The notes beneath the pieces were generated by a model. That model was not told where the DNA came from. It saw only the letters and a list, made by a program, of their open reading frames with translations, and searched no databases. A stretch of DNA of 64,000 nucleotides, taken from positions 4,740-68,739 of the forward strand of contig JALVVK010000126.1 in the NCBI GenBank assembly GCA_027023445.1. Direction: 5' to 3'. Shown piece by piece: positions 50,854 to 61,291 of this stretch. The translations under genes were made by a program, and so were the position numbers. Numbering within the stretch: the stretch's first letter is position 1; every line of letters begins with the position of its first letter. Source of the DNA: Deltaproteobacteria bacterium (GTDB lineage Bacteria > Desulfobacterota > Dissulfuribacteria > Dissulfuribacterales > JALVPX01).

Positions 50854-53800
50854 ACCATGCCCTCCCGCCCGATGATTTCGCCCCTTTCAAGATATACAAG
50901 AAACCCGTTTACCTTTTTCCCTGGATATATGCCACTCAGTATGTCAAGATAACCCTGCAGCTGAGGCGGATCAGATGCGCTGCGCCTCATGCCTGATTTA
51001 AACTCAAGCACGGTTATGGACGAACCGGACACTACGGCCCTGTCCAGCCTGTGGAGCCCTCCCCTGCTGTCGGCAAGATCTTTTTCCACCCAGATCTCAT
51101 CCCCGTCTTTCACCCAGAAAAAAGGACTCAGGCGCCTGTGGCAGATGGCAGCCGCAATCCTGGGGATCTCCATGTTCAGCCCACCCCGCAGTTGCTCAGG
51201 CAAAAGGCCCTCTATCAACTTCCTGACCGCATACGGATCACAAGGACACTCAAGAGGACGATCAAGCAGCGCAAGTATTCTGTGGATCCTCTCACCCACG
51301 CGCATCGCGTTCCGCCTGTCCGGAGAAAAAAGTGCTTCAATATCCCGTTCCTTTCTCACGAGATTGACCGGCCAGCGCCATCTATACCACGCCCCTCCGG
51401 AGGCTAGGCCTGAAGACGCGCGGGCCGAAAAAGCACCCTGGCGCCTGTCCTGTCCGTTGCCCGACGCCTCTGATGAAGCATCCGGCACCTCACCCAAGAC
51501 GGCAAAATCCGAGTCTCCCATAACATCTTCCAACATGTGCGGGAAAAGGTTTTTCGAATTTCCGCCCTTTTCCGGGACGAGCACGTACAATTCCTCCATC
51601 GCCCTGGTGAGAGCCACGTAAAGCACGTTCAGCTCATCCGTGATGGCCCTGAGTTTCTCCTGACGGTACAGGCTGTTCAATCCGGCGGAAATCTTGCGGC
51701 AGGGCCCGGAAAGGTCAATGATTCTCATCCCCTCTTCCTCCCGCTGAAGAACAGGCCCCAGCCTGTCTGTCACGAGCGCTGCCATGGGGACAAGAACCAC
51801 CGGGGACTCAAGGCCTTTCGCCTTGTGTATGGTCATTATCCGCACGGCATCTATTCCGCCCGAGCCGCCCGCCATGAAAAGCTCAGGCGGTTCCTCGTCC
51901 AGGCGGCCCATATCCCCCCATCCAATGCCTCCCATGGGACCTGATTCGTGAAAAAGCCCAAGCAGATGTTCAAGCGCTCCAATGCTTTCGGGAAACCTGC
52001 GTTGAAGATTCGTGTTCCGGATAAGCCCGCATAAAAGATCATAGGGAGGCAGGTAGCCCACCGCGCGCAGCGGCCCCTCGAAACAATCCCTGAAAAACCC
52101 GGGAAGCTCCTGTCTCAGGGCCTGCAGAAGTCCTGCGCAGGCGCCGTCTCCCTGACTGACCAAGTGATTCTCCACCCATTTAATGGAAGAGATGCCCGGG
52201 CTGTATTTATGCCATGACTCCTCCAGAATCTTTCCCGTGATGACAGAACAAAGACTCGCGCTGTCTCCTGGATCCTCAAGAAACCCGATAAAATTAATGA
52301 GTTCTCTCACCACCGGATCGTAACGGATGTCAAGCTGCCTGTGGCTGCTGGCAGGAATACCGGCGGAAGAAAGAGCGGCCGTGATTCTCTCCACATCCCC
52401 GTTCCTTCTGACCAGGACCGTCACATCCCCGGGACTCCTGCGATCAAGAACCCGAAGCACCTTGTCCACCGTCCAGGCGGCGGCCGCGGCCCTTATATCA
52501 GCCGCATTTTTTAATCCCTTAAGCAGCTCCACGTAAACCATGCCTTCATGCCGCCCGGATCTTTCAGGTGGGACCCTCTGAGACACGTGGGCAAAGGTCT
52601 TGAGCACATCTCCGATCTCGTCATCCGAGACATGGCTGTCATACTCACGCAGCACACGCCTCAGGCTTCTTTCATGGAAAACGGAACCCGTGAAATCAAG
52701 GATGCGGCGGCAACTTCTCCAGTTATACGGGAGCACCACGTTGATCCTTGCTTCAGGCGCCACTGAAGATAACGAACCGGGGACTGTAAAAAACAGCTGC
52801 CGGTCACTGCCCCGCCAACCGTACAGCATCTGCTTTACGTCCCCCACGTAGAACAGGGAGCCTCCCCTTGAAACCGCCTCGGTCACAAGCGGCAGAAGAT
52901 TTTTCCACTGGAGGTCGCTTGTGTCCTGGAATTCATCTATCAGAAAATGCGACAGCCTTTCTCCAAGCCTGAACATCACCTCAGGAACGCCGAAGTCCTC
53001 GAGCAGTCTCCTGGACATAAGGTTAAAATCCTGGAAAAACAGGACCATGGCACGATCTTTCAACACCTTGAGCTGTTCAGACCACAGGGAATACAGCCTG
53101 AGATAAGCCCCGGGACCCTGGTATGCCCTGGCCTCACAGTACCTGAAGGCCAATTTCCTGAGACCGATCCAGAATTTTTTCATCTCCCCGGAGGGGGAAG
53201 GTGATCCCTTCAGCAGAAGGGCAACCAGGTCTTCCTTTTTCCACCAGGACGTACCCAGGGATCTGGCAAGGTCACCCCCTGCGGCGGACTCAAGGGCGAC
53301 GATTGCCTTGGCCTTCATCTGAAGCCCTTCAGATTGCGCCGATTCCAGAAAGTCCCGCGCCCTGGCGGCAAGCTCCCCGGCCAGACGCCGCGCCCTGTTT
53401 ATGTCGTCAATGTCAAAGGATATACCGCCGTAGGTGCCTTCCGTCTCAAAAAAAGACTTGAGCCTGGCAAGCATCCCGTCCACAGGCCACCATGACAGCC
53501 TGTTTTCAAAATGGATGCTGTGATCCAGGGCGTCCTTCAACACACGAAAGATATCCCTGTCCTTTTCTGAGAGTAACAGCAACCGGTCAAATGCCTCCCT
53601 GAGAAACCTGTCACTGTTCTGATCTATGTCCTGCAGCGGGCTTATTCCAAGTTCCTGGGGGGCGGACATGACCAACCGGCGGATAAAGCTGTCAATGGTG
53701 CGGACCTGGAAAAGATCAAAATTCGCCAGAATTTCGTCAATAGCCATGAGCGCCCTGGTCTGGACAGATTCCCTGGAGGCACCGGCCAGGAGTCCGGATA

Positions 53801-54089
53801 ATTGCTCAAGAACCTTCGCATCTCCAAGGGCCACCAATTTCAACTGGTTGAGCACCCTGGAGCCCATCTCCCGGGCGGCCTCGTTGGTAAACGTAATGGC
53901 AAGAAGATTTTCCAGGCTGTTTCGGGGAATTTTTCCGGACAGGATGAATTGAATAAATCTCTGGGCAAGGCAAAAGGTTTTGCCGGAACCGGCAGATGCA
54001 TCCACCCTCAACACATGGGGAAAGGGGAGGTCTCTATCCGCCGGAAGTTTATCCAGGATCAACCCGAGGTCATTGGACGCAGAGGTCAT
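50841..54089 (-). CDS. addA: AddA-like UvrD helicase-nuclease
   Basis: ASAGSGKT, AITFTN, IDEFQDTS, VGDVKQ, MTIHKAKGLE, LYVALTRA, RLDR...EFKSG. Confidence 0.9.
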   Translation of the reverse strand: MTSASNDLGLILDKLPADRDLPFPHVLRVDASAGSGKTFCLAQRFIQFILSGKIPRNSLENLLAITFTNEAAREMGSRVLNQLKLVALGDAKVLEQLSGLLAGASRESVQTRALMAIDEILANFDLFQVRTIDSFIRRLVMSAPQELGISPLQDIDQNSDRFLREAFDRLLLLSEKDRDIFRVLKDALDHSIHFENRLSWWPVDGMLARLKSFFETEGTYGGISFDIDDINRARRLAGELAARARDFLESAQSEGLQMKAKAIVALESAAGGDLARSLGTSWWKKEDLVALLLKGSPSPSGEMKKFWIGLRKLAFRYCEARAYQGPGAYLRLYSLWSEQLKVLKDRAMVLFFQDFNLMSRRLLEDFGVPEVMFRLGERLSHFLIDEFQDTSDLQWKNLLPLVTEAVSRGGSLFYVGDVKQMLYGWRGSDRQLFFTVPGSLSSVAPEARINVVLPYNWRSCRRILDFTGSVFHERSLRRVLREYDSHVSDDEIGDVLKTFAHVSQRVPPERSGRHEGMVYVELLKGLKNAADIRAAAAAWTVDKVLRVLDRRSPGDVTVLVRRNGDVERITAALSSAGIPASSHRQLDIRYDPVVRELINFIGFLEDPGDSASLCSVITGKILEESWHKYSPGISSIKWVENHLVSQGDGACAGLLQALRQELPGFFRDCFEGPLRAVGYLPPYDLLCGLIRNTNLQRRFPESIGALEHLLGLFHESGPMGGIGWGDMGRLDEEPPELFMAGGSGGIDAVRIMTIHKAKGLESPVVLVPMAALVTDRLGPVLQREEEGMRIIDLSGPCRKISAGLNSLYRQEKLRAITDELNVLYVALTRAMEELYVLVPEKGGNSKNLFPHMLEDVMGDSDFAVLGEVPDASSEASGNGQDRRQGAFSARASSGLASGGAWYRWRWPVNLVRKERDIEALFSPDRRNAMRVGERIHRILALLDRPLECPCDPYAVRKLIEGLLPEQLRGGLNMEIPRIAAAICHRRLSPFFWVKDGDEIWVEKDLADSRGGLHRLDRAVVSGSSITVLEFKSGMRRSASDPPQLQGYLDILSGIYPGKKVNGFLVYLERGEIIGREGMVWTF

Positions 54090-54441
54090 GAACGGCTCTG
54101 AACAACTGGCCCGCACGGGAAAAAAGGGCCTCGGCCTCGGCCCTTGAGCGCACAGTGGAACCGGATTTGGCTTCAAGAAGGGCCGCAGGAAGCTCCCGGA
54201 CATCCACCGGGTTATCGGCCAGATCTTCAATTATTCTTTTAAGGTCGTTATGGTCCGGGGATTCCGAAAGAGGGGCACGCAAAGGCACCGCTGCAACCAG
54301 CGCCTTAATGAGGGCTGATACCGCGTCTGAACAACGGCCTGCCGCCAACTCAGGATGATCTTCCTGCAGAGCGGCCTCGGCCTCCTGGAGATTGATTCTC
54401 GCATACTTTAAAAAGGTATGGGTTCGGATCATTGTGGCCAT
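54070..54441 (-). CDS. Degenerate HEPN-like helical protein
   Basis: ARINLQEAE..L.....LA...C..AV.ALIKAL and SRAEAE pattern; no clear RxxxxH. Confidence 0.45.
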   Translation of the reverse strand: MATMIRTHTFLKYARINLQEAEAALQEDHPELAAGRCSDAVSALIKALVAAVPLRAPLSESPDHNDLKRIIEDLADNPVDVRELPAALLEAKSGSTVRSRAEAEALFSRAGQLFRAVHDLCVQ

Positions 54442-54456
54442 AGCAGCAAACGAAAA

Positions 54457-54687
54457 TTACTCACCCTTTAAGGAAACAGAGACGGGGTCCCTGTCCATAG
54501 TGCCGCTCATCTGTTTGTACAATCTGCGCGTAAGCACCTCATCCGCTATTTCACAGAGCTCAAAGAGGGATTCCACCAGGTCCAGCATCTCTGCCTGACC
54601 GTCAGGGGTACGGAAACCAAAGTCATCATCCCACCTGCCGCTCTGCAAATATTCCTTGAATTCCGATATATCCTTTGCGGTAAGCAT
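54457..54687 (-). CDS. Hypothetical acidic 76-aa protein
   Basis: ORF fills the gap in a tightly packed minus-strand operon. Confidence 0.65.
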   Translation of the reverse strand: MLTAKDISEFKEYLQSGRWDDDFGFRTPDGQAEMLDLVESLFELCEIADEVLTRRLYKQMSGTMDRDPVSVSLKGE

Positions 54688-54695
54688 CTGAAAGA

Positions 54696-55028
54696 CTATT
54701 TTCCCTCATCCACGAACCTGTATAGAAGCTCGCCGTCTTTTACCCATCCCAGTTTTTTCCTGACGACCTGCTCCTGACAGGATGGATCGGTCATAAGCGC
54801 CTTTATCTCTTTTCGGAGACGGGCATTTTCCTCGTCAAAACGCATATTGGCCATGTAAAGCGCCTTCCTGTCCATTTTTAACATATGCAGCTTCCAGAGG
54901 CCAAACGGGCCGGCCACCCATATTATCAGTAAAAAAAACAGGGTCAGGGAAAGGGCAATGGTTATGGCCCGTCCAGACCTGTCTCCCGGCTTCTGCATTG
55001 ATGATGGCCCCTTGATCCTCATCCTCAA
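54696..55028 (-). CDS. ftsB: Septum formation initiator FtsB/DivIC family
   Basis: TM helix, GPFGL, coiled coil (EENARLRKEI), VRKKLGWVKDGE. Confidence 0.85.
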   Translation of the reverse strand: MRMRIKGPSSMQKPGDRSGRAITIALSLTLFFLLIIWVAGPFGLWKLHMLKMDRKALYMANMRFDEENARLRKEIKALMTDPSCQEQVVRKKLGWVKDGELLYRFVDEGK

Positions 55029-55346
55029 GATTATTCTCCCATAATTGTTACAGAGTAAACATATACTTATAATATGGCACAGGTCAAGCCAGATTTTTAA
55101 AAGAATGGCGTAAAAGGTTACCGCATATTTCCGTTCTTCTTCGGCAGATCACTGAACATCCATGACAAAGCCCTTACCATTGAAACTGCACCTGCACATG
55201 GGAGTACGGCAGTAACAGTATCCGTTACAGGTTCTGTCCACGCCCTTCTCGCATATACAGACTGGCCATAGGCATTTAAAAGCAACATAATCCGGGATAA
55301 AATGCCGGTCAGCATTTTTTCAAAGAAGACTGGTTGCTTGCACTGA

Positions 55347-55904
55347 TTAAGACGGGAAAAGCCATTTTTCCAGATTCCCTGATTCTTCCTGCCACGCGTC
55401 AGGATCCAGGCGTATCTCCATAAAGGCCTTAAAGAGCAGATCCAGGCTTTCACAGGCCCTGAAAAGCATATGCGCCTTTTCTATGGCCCTGGCCTCAAGG
55501 GCGAGGTCGTCATCGGCCTCATCATCATTCGAGCTGATTCCCCGCTTGATTTTTAACGAGGTAATGTCCAGGGTCTTTCCGTCTATTGTAAAGAGCCACT
55601 GGTCATCGTCCCTGCCCATGCGGATACGGGCCCTTGCCACCTTTTTACCGGTTCTCAACCCTGTTTTCGCCTCCAGCAGCTCCGCGGACGGTCCCTGGCA
55701 GGTAACCGATTCCCTGGCGGTTCCCTCCCCGGTATCCAGCACGATGAAGCGTTCAAAGCTGACCGCAAGGTCGCCTTCACCCGGCACATCCACTACTCCT
55801 CCCCGAAGCTCGGTCCTGTACCAGAGCCAGGTGAGAAATTCCCTGCCAATAAAGGCCTTTTCCTGAATCAGTGTAAGCCTGTCCTGTTTTATTTCCATGT
55901 CCAT
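55347..55904 (-). CDS. RdgC-like protein (second of pair)
   Basis: FIGREFLTWLW, EAKTGLRTGKKV. Confidence 0.6.
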   Translation of the reverse strand: MDMEIKQDRLTLIQEKAFIGREFLTWLWYRTELRGGVVDVPGEGDLAVSFERFIVLDTGEGTARESVTCQGPSAELLEAKTGLRTGKKVARARIRMGRDDDQWLFTIDGKTLDITSLKIKRGISSNDDEADDDLALEARAIEKAHMLFRACESLDLLFKAFMEIRLDPDAWQEESGNLEKWLFPS

Positions 55905-56497
55905 GGTCCGATCTTGTTTAAATACATCAGGGATGCGGAATCCTTGAGCAGGCTTGATGCCAGCGTGAATGGTATCACCGGATCAAGCCTTGTGGAAAAG
56001 GTATTGTAAAAAAGCTTCTCAAGCGTCTCCCTTGCCTTGTTCTGACAGGACATGAAGAGAACCGTCCCGTCTGATATATCCATGCACAGGTCGTACGTGT
56101 GCGGGACCGGCAGAACCTTGGCCAGGAGCTGTTGCCTTACCCTTTCCTTGATTTCCAGCCTGACCTTCCTTGAAAGGCGTTTCAGATCTTTTTCCGCCAT
56201 GATCCTGCGCTCTTCAAGCAATACATGTTTTTTCAGCACCGGTTGGGGTATTTTCCTCTCATCGATCCTCATGGACACGACCAGGTAATTCCCAAAAGAT
56301 ATGTCAGGCAGGGCCACCTCACTCTTGAATGGATCTGTGGGAGATACCCAGCCCGTGTTTATTTCCCGGAGGGAGTATTCCATCTCGGAAAAATGGTGCC
56401 TGTTTATGGCCTCTACCGCATGGTTCCAGAAGTTGTCAGGAAGGGGATCAGATACCACGTATCTGCTTATACTTACTGTTGAAGAAAAGAATCCCAT
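55889..56497 (-). CDS. Recombination-associated protein RdgC-like (first of pair)
   Basis: GWVSP, MRIDERKIP..V, KERVRQQLL.KVLP, LFYNTF. Confidence 0.7.
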   Translation of the reverse strand: MGFFSSTVSISRYVVSDPLPDNFWNHAVEAINRHHFSEMEYSLREINTGWVSPTDPFKSEVALPDISFGNYLVVSMRIDERKIPQPVLKKHVLLEERRIMAEKDLKRLSRKVRLEIKERVRQQLLAKVLPVPHTYDLCMDISDGTVLFMSCQNKARETLEKLFYNTFSTRLDPVIPFTLASSLLKDSASLMYLNKIGPWTWK

Positions 56498-56821
56498 AGT
56501 CACCCGATCAGTGGATATCAGTAGTCATTGATACCCGCCCGCCAGTCATCCATGCTCACGCAGGTCGTCCCGGACAGCAAAAGGATCAATGCCGGGGATT
56601 ATATTAATGTAATCGGCTGATGGATTCTACCGTTTCTTTTCACCGTTCGTAATTTAACCTTCACCATTTTCATGGACGTTTGTTTTAAATATGGTAAAAA
56701 TTCTGCCATGAAATACGTGACGCCCGGGCCGGTTTGCGTGGCTGCGGTGCGCGGGAAATAATCCCAGCCTCTTAATCAGGAAGGCCAAAAAAACAGTTGC
56801 TGGGATAATTCTGGAGATCAT

Positions 56822-57685
56822 ATGGAACTTTGGTACACAGAACATCATACGCCGAACACAGGCCTCACCTTGAAGGTCAGGCAGACCCTGTACGTGGGAA
56901 AATCCGGGTATCAGTCCATCGAGGTCCTGGATACCGTGGATTACGGAAGGGTTCTGCTTCTGGACGGTCTGGTCATGACCACGGACAGGGATGAATATAT
57001 CTACCACGAGATGATAACCCATCCGGCTCTGTTCGTGCATCAGAAGCCTGAAAACGTCCTTGTGATCGGTGGGGGAGACGGCGGCGCCATTCGGGAGACT
57101 GTAAAACACCCTGAGGTCAGCAAGGCGGTTCTCTGCGAGATCGACCCCATGGTGGTGGATGTATCCCGCAGATTTTTCCCCGGCCTGTCAGCAGAACTTG
57201 AAGGTAATCCAAGGGTGGAAGTAAACATTCAGGACGGCATACGCTTCCTTGAGAGTTGTTCCGGCCGCTGGGACGTGATCATGGTGGATTCCACCGATCC
57301 GGTCGGCCCTGCCACAGGACTTTTTGAGGAGGACTTTTTCAGGAAGTGCGCCAACGCCCTGAGGCCAGAAGGAATACTCGTGGCCCAGAGCGAATCACCC
57401 TTTTATCACCTTGAACTGCAGGTAAAAATGAAAAGGGCGCTTTGTGCCGCCGGTTTTTCCTCTGTTTATTTTTACACGGCGCCTGTCCCCACCTATCCAG
57501 GCGGATTCTGGAGCTGGGTAATGGCCGGCAGGGATTACCATCCTTTGAAGGATTTTCATGAGGACAGATTAGAGGGCCTTGCCTCCGGGCTTCGTTACTA
57601 CACACCAGATATACACCGTGCGGCCTTCTGTCTGCCCGCATTTATGAAAAAGGCACTGGAAAGGGATGAGGACAATCAGGTTTAG
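56822..57685 (+). CDS. speE: Polyamine aminopropyltransferase (spermidine synthase)
   Basis: LLLDG, YHEM, VLVIGGGDGG, EID, VDSTDPVGP, PTYPGG. Confidence 0.95.
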   Translation: MELWYTEHHTPNTGLTLKVRQTLYVGKSGYQSIEVLDTVDYGRVLLLDGLVMTTDRDEYIYHEMITHPALFVHQKPENVLVIGGGDGGAIRETVKHPEVSKAVLCEIDPMVVDVSRRFFPGLSAELEGNPRVEVNIQDGIRFLESCSGRWDVIMVDSTDPVGPATGLFEEDFFRKCANALRPEGILVAQSESPFYHLELQVKMKRALCAAGFSSVYFYTAPVPTYPGGFWSWVMAGRDYHPLKDFHEDRLEGLASGLRYYTPDIHRAAFCLPAFMKKALERDEDNQV

Positions 57686-59510
57686 CGCAAAGGTATCACC
57701 CGGACCAGGCGCTGTGCCGGGCTCGCCAGGGGTCTACCTGTTCAGGGACGGGGACGGAAAGATCCTGTATGTGGGAAAGGCAAAGGATCTTTCAAAAAGG
57801 GTGAGGTCCTATTTTTTACCGGCACATGCCCTTTCTGCCAAGACGGCGCTGATGATGAGCAAGGCGAAGACCTTTGAGTACATCCTCACGGACACGGAAA
57901 AAGAGGCCCTCATACTGGAGGCCACTCTCATAAAGGAACATCGCCCCAAATACAATATCTGTCTTCGGGATGACAAGGCCTATCCCTTTCTGTGCATACA
58001 CACCGGGCATGCCTTCCCGCGGATAAGCATACAGAGAAAAAGGTCCGGCAAGGGGCTTTACATGGGGCCATATCCCTCGGCAAGAGCGGTAAGGGAGACC
58101 CTGCGGTTCGTGTCTGCCGCCTTTGGTCTGAGGACATGCACGGACACCGCCATGAAAAGACGGGGCCGGCCATGCCTGCGCTTCCAGATCAATCTCTGTT
58201 CAGGCCCGTGCGTGGGCGCCATCTCCAGACAGGAATACCAGAGACGGGTGACAGAGGCGGAGATGTTCCTTAGAGGCCGCACCGGATCTTTATTAAGATC
58301 ATTGAAGGTCTCCATGAAAAAGGCGGCGGATCATCTGGAATTCGAAAAGGCGGCCATGCTCCGGGACAGGATCAGGGCGGTGGAAAACGTGCTTGAACGC
58401 CAGAGGGTCTCATCAGGTGTCTCAGGACTCTGGGAGGTGGTTGCCATGGCCGCTGAGGGAGACAGGGCCGCGGTCTCCGTGCTGGGGATAAGGGACGGCG
58501 CCGTGATTTCCCAGGAAGTGCATGTACTTGACGTCCCGGGTGAGGAATCCCATGCCTCGGTGCTGTCCCTGTTCATGCGCCAGCATTATCTCTCCGCCCC
58601 CATACCCGAACTCGTGCTGGTATCCACCGAACCCGATGAACAGGATCTTATTGCCCGCTGGCTCAGCGGACAGGCCGGAAGAAGGGTCAGGATTCACAGG
58701 CCAAGGCGCGGCGCCAGGTTCCAGCTTCTTTCCCTTGGCATGAACAACGCCTGGCACGCCCTCAGGCTGCATGGTGACAGGGAAGATGAATGGGGGCCAG
58801 TCGAGGCTGCACTGAGAAACCTTGTGAACTGGCACGGCAAAGGCAGGCTTGAGCACGTGGAATGCGTGGACATATCAACCACCCAGGGCCGGCATCCCGT
58901 GGGCAGCCTTGTGGCCTTCCGGCGCGGCCGTCCCCTGAAGAAGGCATACAGGCACTACAATATACGGGGAGTGACAGGGATAGATGACTACGCCATGATA
59001 GAGGAGGTCGTCCGGCGCAGGCTTGCCGGCGCGTGCGAAAAGGGTAATCTGCCGGACATGATGGTCATGGACGGAGGGGCGGGCCAGTTGAACAGGGCCA
59101 TAGGCGTGGTAAGGGAGCTCGGCCTTGATGAAAAGGTGGCCCTTGCCTCCCTTGCCAAGGAATCATGTGAAGAGGGGGAGAAGATATATCTGCCAGACAG
59201 AACCGAGCCCCTGCATCTTCCAAGGCACGATCCGGTTCTGCTGTTCATGCAGAGGATAAGGGATGAGGCGCACAGGTTCGGAATCACCTTTCACCGGAAA
59301 AAAAGGACAAGGCAGGGGCTTCAGACCGGGCTTGTCAATGTGAGGGGAGTCGGGCCCGCGCGGCAGCGGGTCCTGCTCAGGCATTTTGGCAGCCTTGCCC
59401 GGCTGAAGAAGGCCTCTGTGGAGGACCTGTCCCGGGTAAAAGGGGTTTCCTCCGTCCTGGCGCGGGCCATCTATCAGCATTTTCACAAAGAGGAACCGGA
59501 CGGATTATGA
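57666..59510 (+). CDS. uvrC: Excinuclease ABC subunit C
   Basis: PGVYLF, YVGKAK, PKYN..LRDDK.YP, DIS, DDY, DGG.GQL, RDEAHRF, HhH motifs. Confidence 0.95.
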   Translation: MRTIRFSAKVSPGPGAVPGSPGVYLFRDGDGKILYVGKAKDLSKRVRSYFLPAHALSAKTALMMSKAKTFEYILTDTEKEALILEATLIKEHRPKYNICLRDDKAYPFLCIHTGHAFPRISIQRKRSGKGLYMGPYPSARAVRETLRFVSAAFGLRTCTDTAMKRRGRPCLRFQINLCSGPCVGAISRQEYQRRVTEAEMFLRGRTGSLLRSLKVSMKKAADHLEFEKAAMLRDRIRAVENVLERQRVSSGVSGLWEVVAMAAEGDRAAVSVLGIRDGAVISQEVHVLDVPGEESHASVLSLFMRQHYLSAPIPELVLVSTEPDEQDLIARWLSGQAGRRVRIHRPRRGARFQLLSLGMNNAWHALRLHGDREDEWGPVEAALRNLVNWHGKGRLEHVECVDISTTQGRHPVGSLVAFRRGRPLKKAYRHYNIRGVTGIDDYAMIEEVVRRRLAGACEKGNLPDMMVMDGGAGQLNRAIGVVRELGLDEKVALASLAKESCEEGEKIYLPDRTEPLHLPRHDPVLLFMQRIRDEAHRFGITFHRKKRTRQGLQTGLVNVRGVGPARQRVLLRHFGSLARLKKASVEDLSRVKGVSSVLARAIYQHFHKEEPDGL

Positions 59511-61291
59511 ACCAGGATCACAACCCTGTAAGGATACTGCCCCAGCACATTGCCAACCAGATCGCTGCAGGAGAGGTGGTGGAACGCCCTGCCTCGGTGG
59601 TAAAGGAACTCCTGGAAAACGCCCTGGATGCCGGGGCGGACAGGATAAGGGTGGATCTTGAGCAGGGCGGCAAGAGGCTTATCCGCGTCTCTGACAATGG
59701 CTGTGGAATGACACGTGGCGATCTTGACCTGTGCGTGGAGCGTCATGCCACGAGCAAGATCGCCTCGGAACAGGATCTATACGCCATCCGTACCCACGGT
59801 TTCCGGGGGGAGGCCATACCCAGCATTGCCGCCGTCTCAAGGCTTACCATTACCTCCCGCACGCGCGAAAGTGATGAGGGGTGGCAGGTACAGGTCTGTT
59901 TCGGCAGGGACAAAAAACTGCGGGCGGTCGGGTGCCCTGTGGGCACCGTGGTCCTGGCAGAGGATCTTTTTCTTGAAATCCCGGCAAGAAGGCGTTTTCT
60001 AAAACAGGACCGCACCGAACTGTCCAGGGCCTCCCAGGTGGTCAAGGTTATGGCCGTGGCCTATCCGGATGTGCTTTTTGAGCTTTATTCCGGGGACAGA
60101 TGCCTGTTTCGTTCAAATCCGGGCGCTGCCATGCCGGGCGCCCTATGGCCCCTTGTGGGCAGGCAGACGGCGGAAAGGCTCTCACCTGTAAGGGCCCGCA
60201 CTCCCGGGCTGAACATGGAAGGCTATATCTCAGGGCCGGAAGACGCGGCCACCAGGTTCAGCAGCTTTTACCTGTTTCTGAACAAAAGATTCATTCAGAG
60301 CAGGCTGGTTTACAAGGCAATATCCCTTGCCCTGAAGGGAACTTACATGAAGGGCAATTACCCGGTGGGAGCGCTGTTTATCGAGATGGATCCGTCCCGA
60401 GTGGATGTCAATGTCCATCCCTCCAAGCAGGAAGTAAGGTTTCATGACGAGGACCAGGTCTTCAGGATGGTGCATTTCGCGATAAAAAGGTCGCTTGAAG
60501 GACAGCCATCTGCCACTGATCCCGCAAACGAGGCGGAAGGGGAAACGGAAGGAAAAATGGGTGGCTTCCGAACACCGCCTGCTCCGGAATCCCGGATCTT
60601 CCGCCCCGGCGCGGTCAGCGTTCCCCTGCCATGGGAGTCGGCAGATTCTGTTGATTCCGCGCCCGAGGCAGCAGAGGCCCCTCAGGCGGCAGAGCCTGAA
60701 CCGGACTACGGCACTTCCACGCTTGAGGGCTTCAGGATAATCGGACAGCTTTCCGGCACATATATCCTGGTGGAAAGTCCGGACGGGCTTTTACTTATAG
60801 ACCAGCACGCGGCTCACGAGGCCATAAATTTCAAAAAATTAATGGAAGCCCGCAAGGCAAAAAAAACCGCACGATTCCAGCTTCTGGCGGTCCCCATGGT
60901 TTTTGAAAGATCCCCCCGCGAGATGGAACGGTTTGCCGCTGCGAAGAAGGTGCTCCTTGAGGTGGGAATTCAGGCAGAAGAATTCGGGCCGGGCGAGATT
61001 GCGATCCGCGCCCTGCCCCCGGATATAGCGGGCAACAAAAAGGCAATTGAAGAAATCCTGTGCAGGGTGATGGAGACCCCTGATTCATGCGCGGTTGAAA
61101 ACGTGGTACACGATCTTCTCGCCACCATCGCCTGCCACAGTTCCGTACGGGCCAGCCAGGCCCTGTCAACACGGGAGATGGAATCCCTTCTCAGAGATCT
61201 TCTCCATGAAGGGGTGACACACTGCCCCCATGGCAGGCCGGTGGCGGTCAATGTATGCTGGAACGAGATCAGGCGGAGATTCGGAAGATGA
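59507..61291 (+). CDS. mutL: DNA mismatch repair endonuclease MutL
   Basis: IAAGEVVERP, DNGCG, HATSKI, GFRGEA, DVNVHP, DQHAAHE, CPHGRP. Confidence 0.95.
   Translation: MNQDHNPVRILPQHIANQIAAGEVVERPASVVKELLENALDAGADRIRVDLEQGGKRLIRVSDNGCGMTRGDLDLCVERHATSKIASEQDLYAIRTHGFRGEAIPSIAAVSRLTITSRTRESDEGWQVQVCFGRDKKLRAVGCPVGTVVLAEDLFLEIPARRRFLKQDRTELSRASQVVKVMAVAYPDVLFELYSGDRCLFRSNPGAAMPGALWPLVGRQTAERLSPVRARTPGLNMEGYISGPEDAATRFSSFYLFLNKRFIQSRLVYKAISLALKGTYMKGNYPVGALFIEMDPSRVDVNVHPSKQEVRFHDEDQVFRMVHFAIKRSLEGQPSATDPANEAEGETEGKMGGFRTPPAPESRIFRPGAVSVPLPWESADSVDSAPEAAEAPQAAEPEPDYGTSTLEGFRIIGQLSGTYILVESPDGLLLIDQHAAHEAINFKKLMEARKAKKTARFQLLAVPMVFERSPREMERFAAAKKVLLEVGIQAEEFGPGEIAIRALPPDIAGNKKAIEEILCRVMETPDSCAVENVVHDLLATIACHSSVRASQALSTREMESLLRDLLHEGVTHCPHGRPVAVNVCWNEIRRRFGR

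Noticed and set aside
55074..55089. sigma54-like TGGCAC-N-GC on the plus strand
   Set aside because: Lacks TT before GC and there is no plus-strand gene downstream; it overlaps a likely minus-strand -35.
55153..55275. Cys-rich minus-strand frame (CLWPVCICEK...CNGYCYC...CRC) as a RiPP precursor for YcaO
   Set aside because: No start codon or RBS upstream of the Cys-rich part in that frame, and it is far from any modifying enzyme.
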